Source of the DNA: Octopus sinensis
Taxonomy: Eukaryota
Assembly (NCBI RefSeq): GCF_006345805.1
Contig: NC_043022.1
Coordinates: 2,728,001 to 2,792,000, forward strand
Reading direction: 5' to 3'
Length of the DNA stretch: 64,000 nt
The translations under genes were made by a program, and so were the position numbers. Shown piece by piece: positions 1 through 13,028 of the stretch. The stretch's first letter is position 1, and every line of letters starts with the position of its first letter. Below the pieces are notes generated by a model. The model searched no databases. It was given only the letters and a program-made list of their open reading frames with translations, and was not told the origin of the DNA.

Positions 1-36
<36 letters not shown>

Positions 37-1383
37 TACTTGTTTCAGTCATTTGACTGCGGCCATGCTGGAGCACCGCCTTTAGTCGAGCAAGTCGACC
101 CTGGGACTTATTCTTTGTAAGCCCAGTACTTATTCTATCGGTCTCTTTTGCCGAACCGCTAAGTGACGGAGACATAAACACACCAGCATCGGTTGTCAAG
201 CAATGCTAGGGGGACAAGCACAGATACACAAACACATACACACACACACACATATATATATATGTATATATACACATATACGACAGGCATCTTTCAGTTT
301 CCGTTTACCAAATCCACTCACAAGGCTTTGGTCGGCCAGAGGCTATAGTAGAAGACACTTGCCCAAGATGCCACGCAGTGGGACTGCACCCGGAACCATG
401 TGGTTGGTTAATATATATATTCTTTTACACATTTCAGTAATTTGACTGCAGCCATGCTGGAGCACCACCTTAAAGGGTTGCTAGTAGAAGAAATCGACCT
501 CAGGACTTATTCTTTGTAAACCTAGTACTTACTTTATCGGTCTCTACGTTGCTAGAAACAACAGTGAAAATCTAATGCTGCAGTTAATGTACATAAACGA
601 AAACATACACTAACATGGACCATGATTGTCCGAAAAGTACCGATTGAGATATATATATATATATATATATAATTTAGGGTTTAGCTACAAGTTGCTTCAC
701 CACATACTGAAAATTTAGAAATAGCAGCCAAAAGACAACTAATTCTTTTAACTAGAAAATATGACTCCACAGACAACAATATTCCATACCGAAACTACTT
801 GGTAAAATTTATCAATTATTAAATTAATAATTCTTTACCCTATATCTGCAATGATATATATATATATATAGGCGGAGGTAAAGAATACATATACCACCTG
901 TTTTCGGTGTAACAAAAACCCTAAACTTAACCCTAACCACCAGGTGTGTAGTCTTTACCTTCACTATATATATGTACATGTTGAGGTGCAATGGCCCAGT
1001 GGTTAGGGCAGCGGACTCGCGGTCGTAGGATCGCGGTTTCGATTCCCAGACCGGCCGTTGTGAGTGTTTATTGAGTGAAAACACTTAAAAGCTCCACGAG
1101 GCTCCGGCAGGGGGTGGTGATCCCTGCTGTACTCTTTCACTCTTTCTTCTGTTGGCCTGCTCGCTTAGCCAGCGGGGTGGTGTCATTTGAAGGCTAAAAC
1201 AATGCGGTCGCATTGTGACCAGCGATGTGTAACAACATCTTATGGTCTGGTCGGTCACGTGATATATATGTACACACATAAAATAAGGATAAAAATCATG
1301 TTAATGATAATTATCAGGTAGTCAACATGGAAATAAGCAATTTATATATTAAATTAATAATTATATATATATAATTATTTTAA

Positions 1384-1737
1384 GGGAGAAAATCAAAAAA
1401 CCCACTCCCTACTGAATTAATGTCCAAGCATTATGAAGGTACCACAAAAACTCTATAAATAGATGCGATTGAAAGCGGGTTACTGAAAAGATATTTAAAA
1501 AGACTCCACATTAATTACGAATTAGCTAATTTCAAGATTAAAATCTGAAATAGATTTTCTTCTATCTTCAGTGCAATATATGTAAAAAAATATACAAATA
1601 ATGTAGTGTCTTTTTAAATATCTTCTCAGTGGCCAGCTTTCAATCACATCCATTTAGGAAGGGTTTTTTTTTCTTCTTTGTAATGCTTCGACATCAGTTC
1701 AATATGGAGGAGATAAATCTTGTTTTGACTTTCTCCC
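1384..1737. mobile_element. Fold-back MITE with TTAA TSD and GG termini (Kolobok-like)
   Basis: ttaa|gggagaaaatcaaaa...ttttgactttctccc|ttaa; imperfect inverted arms extend more than 120 bp. Confidence 0.7.
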
Positions 1738-1745
1738 TTAAAATT

Positions 1746-1784
<39 letters not shown>

Positions 1785-2481
1785 TACATATATATATTAT
1801 TAATTTAATCATCATCGTCGTTTAACGTCCGTTCTCCATGCTAGCATGGGTTGGACGGTTCGACCGGGGTTCTGGGAAGCCAGAAGGCTGCACCAGGCTC
1901 CAGTCTAATCTGGCAATGTTTCTACAGCTGGATGCCCTTCCTAACGCCAAACCACTCGTGAGTGTAGTGGGTGCTTTTACGTGCCACCTGCACAGGTTGC
2001 CAGGCGGGGCTGGCAACGGCCACGGTCAGATTGGTGTATTTTATGTGCCACCGGCACGGAAGCCAGTCGAGGCGGTGCTGGCATCGGCCACGAGTCGGAT
2101 AGTGCTTTTTACGTACCACCAGACCAGGGATCCTGGCTGGTTCAATTCGATTTCGATTTCGCTTGCCCCAACATGTCCTCACAAGCAAAGGGGGTTGGCA
2201 TATTTATATATATTGAGTTAGAAAATGGAGATCTAATGGATACAAATTTATTTATTAATTAATTAGCGTATTCAGCAACACTAGTGAATATGCTGATTAA
2301 TTAATAAATTAATTTGTATTGATTGGATCTCTCTGTTTTCTAACTCAATAAAAATGTTGGATATCTTATGATATTCTATATAATATATTCATTGAAGGAT
2401 TATCTCTTCAAAATTTAATATACCAAACCAGTGTATCTTGGATAAATATCACTATAAGAGGTTTTAATATCTTCATTCTGA

Positions 2482-2521
<40 letters not shown>

Positions 2522-2527
<6 letters not shown>

Positions 2528-2990
2528 GTATCCTTTTTGTCTCGGGAGACAATGGAGTTGCGCATAAAGTAGTCTAGTCCGGCTTTTACATTTCATGTCC
2601 TGATACATTTCCTGCTGTGACTGTGTAGTCCTATCCTGGACAAACACTCCCTCTGGCAGGTGACGCAAATGTAGCGAAGACTGTTCCTGGCTGGTTGTAG
2701 TGTCATAGTTTCTTGTTGACGTCATTTCTTGTCTTTCCATTTCTCCTCTCTCTCTCTGTCACTGCTTTGTATTCCCTCTTTTACGGTACATCGCCAATCT
2801 CCACGGTTGCCGGCAACTGCCTCCCAACTGCTAATATTGATGTTGCAGGCCTTCATGTCCCTTTTGCAAACATCCTTGTAACGTAAGAACGGTCTACCCA
2901 CAGACCTAGTAGCCCTAGCAAGCTCTCCGTAGAGTATGTCCTTGGAGATTCTGCCATCTTTCATACGGCTAACATGCCCAAGCCATCTCA
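2522..2990 (-). mobile_element. RTE-clade LINE 3' fragment
   Basis: MRWLGHVSRMKDGRISKDILYGEL...GRPFLRYKDVCKRDMK, a typical RTE ORF C-terminus, with a frameshift. Confidence 0.9.
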
Positions 2991-3000
2991 TATACATCTC

Positions 3001-3048
<48 letters not shown>

Positions 3049-3051
<3 letters not shown>

Positions 3052-3245
3052 GGTCCCGGGTTGATTCGGGGTTAACCACAGTTAATAAGGTACTCAATAC
3101 ATAGCAGAGTAAAATTAATTTATTATATAGAAGGAGCTTCTACAGGACTAGAACTGTTTCATTCAAGAGAAATCTTCAGGAAGCTCTGAAGATTTCTCTT
3201 GAATGAAACAGTTCTAGTCCTGTAGAAGCTCCTTCTATATAATAA

Positions 3246-3247
<2 letters not shown>
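3049..3247 (-). mobile_element. Penelope-like pLTR fragment with an inverted partial copy (62-bp perfect arms 3118-3179 and 3186-3247)
   Basis: Perfect palindrome seen directly; a hammerhead-like core followed by AATAAA; embedded between (TA)n tracts. The PLE assignment is inference. Confidence 0.5.
3135..3185 (-). ncRNA. Putative type I hammerhead ribozyme, Penelope-like-element (pLTR) type
   Basis: Minus strand reads AGCUUC-CUGAAGA-UUUC(UCUU)GAAU-GAA-ACAG(UUCUAGUC)CUGU-A/GAAGCU: 6-bp stem I, full CUGANGA and GAAA core, 4-bp stem III, GUA cleavage triplet. Stem II closes with a non-canonical U-U pair. Confidence 0.62.
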
Positions 3248-3300
<53 letters not shown>

Positions 3301-3301
3301 T

Positions 3302-3538
3302 GAGGGAACGGTGACTTTCAAGTCGAAAAGGTCTGCAGAGCTGAAGGAGAAAAGACGACGACAGAAGGAGCGCCAACAACAACCACGTGCGACTCTCCCT
3401 TCCGGCACTAGATATCCGCACTGCGACCGATCTTTTCAAGCAAGAATTGGTCTTATCGGTCACCTACGGACTCACCAGTAAATTTGCGTGAAGACCATCA
3501 TCCTCGACCTTGAGGGATTGCCATCATCATCATCATCA
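3302..3538 (+). mobile_element. RTE-clade LINE extreme 3' end
   Basis: Encodes ...PHCDRSFQARIGLIGHLRTHQ* (terminal zinc finger), then a short UTR and a (CAT)n tail. Confidence 0.85.
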
Positions 3539-4923
3539 CACACACACACATGATGGGCTTCTTTCAGTTTCCATCTACCAATTCCACTCGCAAGGCTTTG
3601 GTAGGACCTAAGCTATAGTAGAAGACACTTGTCCAAAGTGCTGTGTAATGGGACTGAACCTGGAACCATGTGGTTGGGAAGCAAGCTTCTTACCACGCAA
3701 CCATGCCTGTGCTTAATATGTATCAAACTTCAAAACAAGTGTTGGAATCGATTTGATTGGTCAAACTCTTCGAGGGAGTGACCCAGCATGGCCACAGCCA
3801 AATGATAAGCAACTAGAAAAAATAAAACTACTACTACTACTACTACTTCTGCTGTTGCTGTTGCATGTTAGTCAGGAAGCCTCCGTCGGTTACGACGACG
3901 AGGGTTCCGGTTGATCCGAATCAACGGAACAGCCTGCTCGTGAAATTAACGTGTAAGTGGCTGAGCACTCCACAGACACGTGTACCCTTAACGTAGTTCT
4001 CGGGGATATTCAGCGTGACACAGAGAGTGACAAGGCCGGACCTTTGAAATACAGGTACAACAGAAACAGGAAGTAAGAGTGAGAGAAAGTTCTGGTGAAA
4101 GCGTCCAAGTAGGGATCACCACCATCCCCTGCCGGAGCCTCGTGGAACTTTTAGGTGTTTTCGCTCTATAAACACTCACAATGCCCGGTCTGGGAATCGA
4201 AACCGCGATTCTATGACCGCGAGTCTGCTGCCCTAACCACTGGGCCATTGCGCCTCCACATATATATATATAGGCTGGACCCTTTGAAATACAGGTACAA
4301 CAGAAACAGGAAGTAAGAGTGAGAGAAAGTTGTGGTGAAAGAGTACAGCAGGGATCACCACCATCCCCTGCCGGAGCCTCGTGGAGCTTTAGGTGTTTTC
4401 GCTCAATAAACACTCTCAACGCCCGGTCTGGGAATCGAAACCGCGAGTCCGCTGCCCTAACCACTGGGCCATTGCGCCTCCTGCATATTAGTACAATTTG
4501 GAAGAAGTGCCTAAGTGACTGATATTACTGAAAAGCATTGATAGTGTCTGCAACGAAATAAATAATGGTGTTGATAATGGTGTTGATAAGAGCAGAGCAA
4601 GTGATTAACCTAATCAGTGTGATAATGAATTCTATGGAGGTGGCCCAGGGTGGGGGGTTATATTACAGACAGATAAGGGTTATATAACATGCTAGGCTCA
4701 GACACAACTGCAAATTAGTAAATGATTACCATGTTTCTTCTTTTACATGTTTGTCATTTTGAATGTGGCCATGCTGGGGCGCTGCCTTTTACTCAAAGAA
4801 ATTGACTACTTTGCAAGCCTGGTGCTTATTCTATCGGGTCTCTTTTGCCAAACTGCTAAGTTGCGAGGATGTAAACACAGCTACATAGGTTTTCAAGCGA
4901 TGGTGGTGGGGACACACATAAAT

Positions 4924-4959
<36 letters not shown>

Positions 4960-5514
4960 ATATACGACAGGCTTCTTTCAGTTTCCATCTACCAAACCCA
5001 CTCACAAGGCTTTGGTCAGCCCCAGGATATAGTAGGAGACAGATGCCCAAGGTGCTATGCAGCGGGACTGAACCCAGAACCATGTGGTTTGGAAGCAAGC
5101 GTCTTACCACACAGCCATTCTGTGCACCTAAATAATGTTATGAATCTCTGAATGTGAAACTCACACAATTGTCTCTTGCTCCACTGCATGACACCATTTC
5201 ATGTTTGTAAGGAACCCCATGTGCCACGGCTCAACTGATGAGAAGTTTACTTCTACAATAGCCATTCGTCTTCTCCACCTACTACTCCTCTGATCAATAA
5301 AGTCGACTGTACTTTAGAAGATGGTAGTGCTCTAGCATGGCCAGAGCCCAATGAATGAAATTAGTAAAAGAAAGAAAGAAAAATGTTATTTATATAGTTT
5401 TTACTATAGGCAATCCTGTGTCATGTGGGTATATTTTAATTAGAAAGGCAGTGCTCTACCGGATTGAATTGTAAATAGGTCACACAGTCAGAATGCTCTA
5501 TTATTGTGGGACCA

Positions 5515-6200
5515 TAGTTATGATGCCCCATTGTTGGTAGATCATAAAGTTACAATGCCCTATTTTGAGTAGATTGTGAAGTTATGCCCTTTTCTAGGTC
5601 CATCATAAAGTTATGATGCTTTTTTGTAGCCAGTTTGTAAAATTACAATGCCCTATTGTAGCTAGATCATAAAGTGATGATGCCCCATTGTTGGTAGATC
5701 ATAAAGTTATGATGCCCCATTGTTGGTAGATCATAAAGTTATGATGCTCCATTGTTGGTAGATCATAAAGTTATGATGCACCATTGTTGGTAGATCATAA
5801 AATGATGATGCTCCATTGTTGGTAAATCATAAAGTTATGATGCTCCATTGTTGGTAGATCATAAAGTTATGATGCTCTATTTTTGGTAGATCATAAAGTT
5901 ATGATGCCCCATTGTTGGTAGATCATAAAGTTATGATGCCCCATTGTTGGTAGATCATAAAGTTATGATGCTCCATTGTTGGTAGATCATAAAGTTATGA
6001 TGCTCCATTGTTGGTAGATCATAAAGTTATGATGCTCCATTGTTGGTAGATCATAAAGTTATGATGCTCTATTTTTGGTAGATCATAAAGTTATGCTCCA
6101 TTATGGATACATCATAAAATGATGATACCCTGTTGTAGCTAGCTCTTAAAAATGTTATGCCCCGTTGTAGCCAGATCATAAGGTTATGGTGTTCCATTGT
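5515..6200. repeat. 32-bp minisatellite (atgatgccccattgttggtagatcataaagtt), about 20 copies
   Basis: Homogeneous units in the middle, degenerate units at both edges. Confidence 0.95.
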
Positions 6201-6686
6201 CGGTAGATCACACAGTAAGACTGTCTCCTTTGTAAGTAGGTCATTTGGTGATTCCCTTTTGTATGATGGAAGATAGGCCAATGCTACAATAGCAAACCTT
6301 AAAGTGCTAAGAGGAGTGGATTTCTGTTCAAGTGATCCCATTGTGTGTTTTCTGTCGATAAGATAGGATTCTGGTTGTCCTTGTGATAGTTATTTGGTTG
6401 TTATTTCCGTTTTGAGCCCAAGTAGGATGCAGATAATATCTATGCAAAAGTGTGTGTGTGTGTGTGTGATGAAACTGGTGAATTATATGTATGTATGTAT
6501 GTACGTACACAAGCATAAATATATAGGTGCAGGAGTGGCTGTGTGGCAAGTAGCTTGCTTACCAACCACATGGTTCTGGGTTCAGTCCCACTGCGTGGCT
6601 CCTTGGCCAAGTGTCTTCTACTATAGCCTCAGGCCGACCAAAGCCTTGTGAGTGGATTTGGTAGATGGAAACTGAAAGAAGCCTGT

Positions 6687-6728
<42 letters not shown>

Positions 6729-7132
6729 AACACACACACACACGTATATGTTTGTGTTTGGCCCTCTCCCCCATCACTTGACAACTGATACTGGTGTGTT
6801 TATGTCCCCATAACTTAGCGGTTCAGCACAAAAGAGATCACTAGAATAAGTACTAGGCTTACAAAGAATAATTCCTGGTGTTGATTTGCTTGACTAAAGG
6901 CAGTGCTCCAGCATGGCCACAGTCAAATGGCTGAAACGAATAAAAGAGTAGGTACAAAGCCTGAAATTTTGAGGGATGAGTTTAGTCCTTTACATTGACT
7001 CCCCACTGCTCAATTTATTTTATCAACTCCGAAAGGATGCCCACCTTGGTGGAGTTTGAACTTAGGGACGGATGACATGCTGCTAAGCATTTTGTCTGGC
7101 ATGCTAACTATAGCTTCAATTAATGATAATTA

Positions 7133-7715
7133 TAACAAGAGCACTCAAAGAGCGCAAACCTCTGCCGAGGCAACACCAACGTCCTCTCAACGATTAGAGA
7201 TGATCTTCAAAATGAGAATATCTGAAATAAACTCGACTGCTCTCACAATTTCATCCGAATCCATCCAGCAGTTCTTGAGATATCTTGTCCCATGGACAAA
7301 CAAACACAACTGAAAACAATATCTTTGCTAAAGCGGAAGTAACAAGAGCAACTCAGCGCTAATCTCTGCCAAGGCAACTCCAATGTCCTCTGCACAATTA
7401 GCCAGAGGTGATTTTTAAAATGAGAATATCTGAAATAAACTGAATTGCTCTCACAAACGAGAATACTAAAAATGAACCTGACTGCTCTCAAAAATTAAGT
7501 AAAGAAACTGGAAAAGCAATCCAGAATCCTTGTCCAACACCGGATCGATCCCAAAATCTAATCAGTTCGTGCCAGTCACGAGGCCAAACATCCTTGGAAG
7601 TTTCATCCAAATCCATCCAGCAGTTCTTGAGATATCTTGTCCATGGACAAACAAACCAACAAACATCACTGAAAACAATAACACCGCCTTCGCTAAGGTG
7701 GAGTTAATAATAACC
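7133..7715 (+). mobile_element. Non-autonomous Helentron-associated (DINE-1/pearl-like) element
   Basis: aacaagag starts (7134, 7340), duplicated internal block, ttcatccaaatccatccagcagttcttgagatatc core, (AAAC)n, and a 3' hairpin ccgcctt-cgct-aaggtgg. The family assignment is from recalled architecture. Confidence 0.55.
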
Positions 7716-8094
7716 CTTTCTTGTGTAGGTCCAAGGCCTGAAATTCTGGAGGGAGGGAGAATTAGGTAACTGCAGGGAGATGAGTTAATTATGGAGCCAC
7801 TACATGGTTGCTAGAAACAGTAGTTAAATATCCCTCAAATTATACCATTCCACCTTATACGAAAAAAAAAAGACACATTGGAAAATATGGTTGTGGATAC
7901 CTTGCATAGAGGATAAGATAGGATGGATGGTCATGTCTGGAAAGCCTAGGTTTACTCAATCAGCACTTAGCTGGAGCTAAACAACCATCTACAACAAGAT
8001 CGGAGGAGGGAAGCATAAATTAATTTCAACCATTTACTGTTAGAACAACGAGTTTAATGATTAACGGTTGACCTTGATTGATATTCAGTGGCCT

Positions 8095-8779
8095 TTTACA
8101 CACACACACAATGACACACTCGTACACACAGACAGTGACACACACACACACACAATGACACACACACACAATGACACACTCACACACACAGACAATGACA
8201 CACACACACACAATGACACACACACACACAATGACACACACACACACACACACAATGACACACACACACACACACACACAATGACACACACAATGACACA
8301 CACACACACACACAATGACACACACACACACACAATGACACACTCACATACCAATACACACACGTACACATATTGGCGCAGAAGTGAGGCCATAGAAAGC
8401 TATAAAAATAGCAAAAGCTGAAAGCATTCTTGAGATTTTGTAGGGTAAAAACCTGGCTGTAAAATAATGAACTTTCTTATCTCTGCTTTGTGTCCTTGTC
8501 CTGCTTGTCATCAATTCATTCTGGTAACACAGTTTCTATTGGAGGTGTTGGGTCAATAGAACACACACACACTTCACCAGCATTTTAGCACTTTTTAGTT
8601 GCTGTGTTGCATCTGGAAGCACTAAACGGGTGTGTGTGTAACGTGTACAAGATTTGAAGCGTTCTGATGCATTTTGACTCCCCTTTTCCACCCCCAACCC
8701 CCCAATTCCGTCCCGTCTCTTTTGTCTCTTCTATAACGAAACCACTTTGGGGATTAGTGCTTCTCTCACAACTGTGGCC

Positions 8780-8821
<42 letters not shown>

Positions 8822-9339
8822 TTCTCTCTTTCTTTCACTCACACACACACACACACTCTCTCTCGTACACTCTCACATGCACACACTCTCACACACACAC
8901 TCTGTCACTTACACCCTCTCTCTCACACACTCTCTCTCACACTCTCTCACACACACACTCTCTCTCACACACACACACACACACACTCTCTCTCACACAC
9001 ACACACACACTCTCACACACACAAACTCTCTCTCTCTCTCTCTCACACACACACTCTCACACTCTCTCTCACACACACACACACACTCTCACTCACACAC
9101 ACACACTCTCACACTCTCTCTCACACACACACTCTCTCTCTCACACACACACTCTCTCTCTCACAAACACACACTCTCTCTCTCTCACACACTCTCTCTC
9201 TCTCACACACACTCTCTCTCTCACACACACTCTCTCTCTCTCTCACACACACAGACACTCTCTATCTCACACACACTCACTCTTACACACACACACTCTC
9301 TCTCTCACACACACACTCACACTCTCTCTCTCTCACACA

Positions 9340-9377
<38 letters not shown>

Positions 9378-9420
9378 ATCACACCACAAATATGCTCACA
9401 TACTTACACACTTTCTGAAC
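8095..9420. repeat. Compound (CA)n/(CT)n microsatellites (8095-8365 punctuated by AATGA; 8780-9420 CT/CA)
   Basis: Seen directly; source of the HT/SL/VC-rich ORFs. Confidence 0.95.
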
Positions 9421-11729
9421 ACTCCCTTGCATTTCAACATTATCGGCCTAATTCTATCGCTTGCATTTGTGTGTGTGTGTGGGTGGGTTTAATTTTTTAT
9501 GTATTTACTTATTCATTAAATGTAGCTGATGTGGCGGCATTTATTTATTTATTTATTTATGTATTTTATTGCTTCTGTTAACCTATTTCTCATGAACCAA
9601 CTTCACTGACTTTCATTTACTCTCGGAATGCATTCTGTGAAATATGGCCACATTAAACATAAGAATATGTTTCATAATAGCTCTCTCTCTCTCCCCCACT
9701 CTATGTATCCATTTATCTATATATCCATCTATCTATGTATCTAGCCATCCATCCATCCATGGAGTGGCTGTGTGGTAAGTAGCTTGCTTACCAACCACAT
9801 GGTTCCAGGTTCAGTCCCACTGCGTGGCACCTTGGGCAAGTGTCTTCTATTATAGCCTCGGGCCGACCAAAGCTTTGTGAGTGGATTTGGTAGACGGAAA
9901 CTGAAAGAAGCCTGTCGTATATATGTATGTATATATGTGTGTATGTTTGCGTGTCTGTGTTTGTCCCCCCAACATCGCTTGACAACCGATGCTGGTGTGT
10001 TTATGTCCCTGTAACTTAGCGGTTCGGCAAAAGAGACTGATAGAATAAGTACTAGGCTTACAAAGAATAAGTTCTGGGGTCGATTTGTTCAACTAAATGC
10101 TGTGCTCCAGTATGGCCACAGTCAAATGACTGAAACAAATAAGAGAATATATATATTCAAGGCTATAGTAGAAGACACTTTCCCATCCATGTCTCTATCG
10201 AACCATCCGTCTATCTGTCTATCTGTGTTTAAAAGTTATGTTGAATACATATAAATACCTCTTATTCTCCTGTAGCTAAAATGTTAATCGACGTCATTTT
10301 GATATCAAAGTTCCATGCTGGCCTGAGAAGGATATTTTGATAGGATCTGATGAGTCAGATGACTGCATTGTGCTTCCGTGTCTGCTATGGAATGGTTTCT
10401 ATTGTAGAAGACAAGTGCCTAAGGTGCTGTACCATGTGGCTGGATGTGGGACCACATGGCAGGAAAGCAATCTTCTGGTGCACTTAACAAGGCCTGTCTA
10501 AACCCTGTGAATTAGCTAAACTGGATTCATCAGCCAATAGGTCTCAGCTTTATGATACTACATGGTCCAGGTATTTGGTTCTGTATAGCCACAGTTTCTG
10601 AAGGCAGGGTTTACTGTACGTTCCAATTATTTTAGTTTTTCTCTGAACGATCAGAATGTTTTATTTTTTATTTCTGTTCCTAATTAATTAAGCTCTAATT
10701 AATATTGGTAAAATAGAAAAAAAACACTTACAGAGGAGATATAGCAGGTTCATTAAATACAGCAAGGGCATGTGGTGTGTGGGAACCAACCCCTAGTCTG
10801 TAGGGTGGGGCTGTGGGGTATGTGTGGGATTGGTGCAGTGAATATAAGGCTTGGAGTAGGACGTTGCATGGTGGTGTGTTTCTAAGAATACTGATTTGTA
10901 CAATGTGTAATGGTTGATGAGGTAGGGGTGATATATTAAGGACAGGCATCAGGGACCAGATCAGTGGGGGCAGTGAGGACAGAACAAGTCTTCACCTATG
11001 GAAGGGTTCCATTTGTGGCCTCACCTGAGAGGGGCAGTGAGGACTGAACAAGTCTTCACCTACAGAAGGGTTCCACTTGTGGTCTTTCATCAATTGTAAC
11101 CATCTAGTTTCAGCAACCATGCATATTTCTTTGATAACTCTCTTCAATTGCCTGGGTCCCAGACCTATCATTCACGAGAAATAGCACACTGATCTAAAAT
11201 CACTTACGAAATAGTGCAACTTAGACGTGAATAAATCCGGGAAGTGTCAAAGCAGAATATTTCAAAACCCTTTGCTCGTTATAACTAATAACCTCATTCA
11301 TTATCTTTTGGTTGATAAACAACAAAATAATTTCTGGAATTTAAATTAGGTGCCTAATAAAATATGAAAATATTTTGTTAACCTCCAACTTAATTTCCCT
11401 AATTAGTGGTGCATCATTCTCCAATTTAGTCACCCTTAATGTCTGCCCTGCCAAAGCAGGCTTTCCCTTTAATCCTTGGCTTATAAAAACAATTGCGTGT
11501 ACTGCCATTTTTAACACATTTCTGCATCTTCAGGATGAAATCTAACGGCAAAAATTCATTCCTGTTTGAATATGTCACATGTTGAGAATGGATATAAACA
11601 AAAATTGTTTAAATGGTATGGGATGGGCAGTATACACCGTGTGCACACACAAGGATAGAATAAAATTTAATAATCTTGAACAAATTATATTTCAGCAAAA
11701 TTACATCAAAAGTTATTTCCCTTGCTTAT

Positions 11730-12140
11730 CATCTATGCATATGTAAACACAGAAAAAAGAAAAACATTTTGATTCACCCATCCACCAGTTTTGGAGATAA
11801 TCAAACCAAACTTTAATGAGTTTGAGCCACTCATCCCATGAGTATTTCTGCCAAATTTGGTGAAAATCTGTTCAGCCGTTTTCCAGTAGTTTTGCAAACA
11901 CACAGACAAGTGACTCCAATACCCTGCTTTCAGCATATGTAAACACAAAAAAAAGAAAAACATTTTGATTCACCCATCCACCAGTTTTGGAGATAATCAA
12001 ACCAAACTTTAATGAGTTTGAGCCACTCATCCCATGAGTATTTCTGCCAAATTTGGTGAAAATCTGTTCAGCCGTTTTCCAGTAGTTTTGCAAACACACA
12101 GACAAGTGACTACAATACCCTGCTTTCAGTGCTTAGTTAA
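11730..12140. mobile_element. Helentron/pearl-like element with a 196-bp direct duplication
   Basis: gcatatgtaaacac at 11737 and 11933; core ccaaatttggtgaaaatctgttcagccgtttt. Confidence 0.55.
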
Positions 12141-12803
12141 GAGAAATAACTCAAAATGACCAGTGACATATTTTTGAATAACATAGACAAGTACATCCTC
12201 GTCGTTTAACATCTGTTTTCCACCCTGGTATGGGTTGGACAGCTTGACAGGAACCTGCAAGGCTAGGGGTAACACCAGGTTTCATTGTCTGTGTTTTGGC
12301 TTGACTTCTATGGCTGGATGCCCCTCCTAATGCCAATCACTCCACAGAGTGTACTGGGTGCTTTTTACAAGGCCCTGGCACTAGTGCTTTGTCAAATAAC
12401 ATAAATAATATTCTTTTATACGTTTCAGTCATTTGACTGTGGTCAGGCTGCAGCACTGTGTTTAAGGGTTTTTAAGTCAAAGAAATCAACTCCAGGACTT
12501 ATTCTTTGTAAGCCTAGTACTTACTCTATCAGTCTCTTTTGCCAGAGTGCTAAGTTATGGGGTCATAAACACTAACATCGGTTGTCAAGTGATGGTGAGG
12601 GAACAAAGACACACACATATACACAACAGGCTTCTTTCAGTTTCCATCTACCAAATCCATTCACAAGGCTTTGGTTGCTCTAAGATTATAGTAGAAGACA
12701 CTTGCCCAAGGTGCCACACAGTGGGACTGAACTTGGAACCATGTGGTTGGCAAGGGAGCTTCTTTCCACACAGCCACGCCTAAATTATCTCTACAGTTAA
12801 GAC

Positions 12804-13028
12804 CAGGGGTGGGCGAACTTTTTTGATCGCGGGCCGCACAGTGCGTCTTTGGAACCTTGGCGGGCCTCATTTATAAAAATCAAGTGAAAATATTTTTAAA
12901 GGCGGTTATAGACCTATAAACACACAATTGATTGAAAGGAAATTTTGTGAAATATTCCTCTCGACGGGCCGCATGAAAACCTATGGCGGGCCGCATGCGG
13001 CCCGCGGGCCGTAGTTTGCCCACCCCTG
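12804..13028. mobile_element. hAT (Charlie-like) MITE
   Basis: 16-bp TIR caggggtgggcgaact / agtttgcccacccctg; exact 8-bp TSD gttaagac; subterminal gcgggccgca repeats. Confidence 0.95.

Noticed and set aside
203-445. Recurrent short ORFs such as MPRSGTEPGTMWLVSKLL, MSSNARGTNTDT and MLAWVGRF seen throughout the window
   Set aside because: Sense or antisense translations of multicopy SINEs.
916-940. Telomere-like aaccctaaacttaaccctaacc
   Set aside because: Only two or three degenerate units; too short to call an interstitial telomere.
5515-6200. CRISPR-like 32-bp repeats
   Set aside because: No unique spacers and the context is eukaryotic; a plain minisatellite.
10965-11085. ~63-bp direct repeat with a gtgaggac/gtcttcac hairpin
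   Set aside because: No complete ribozyme core or TE ends recognisable; treated as a small local duplication.
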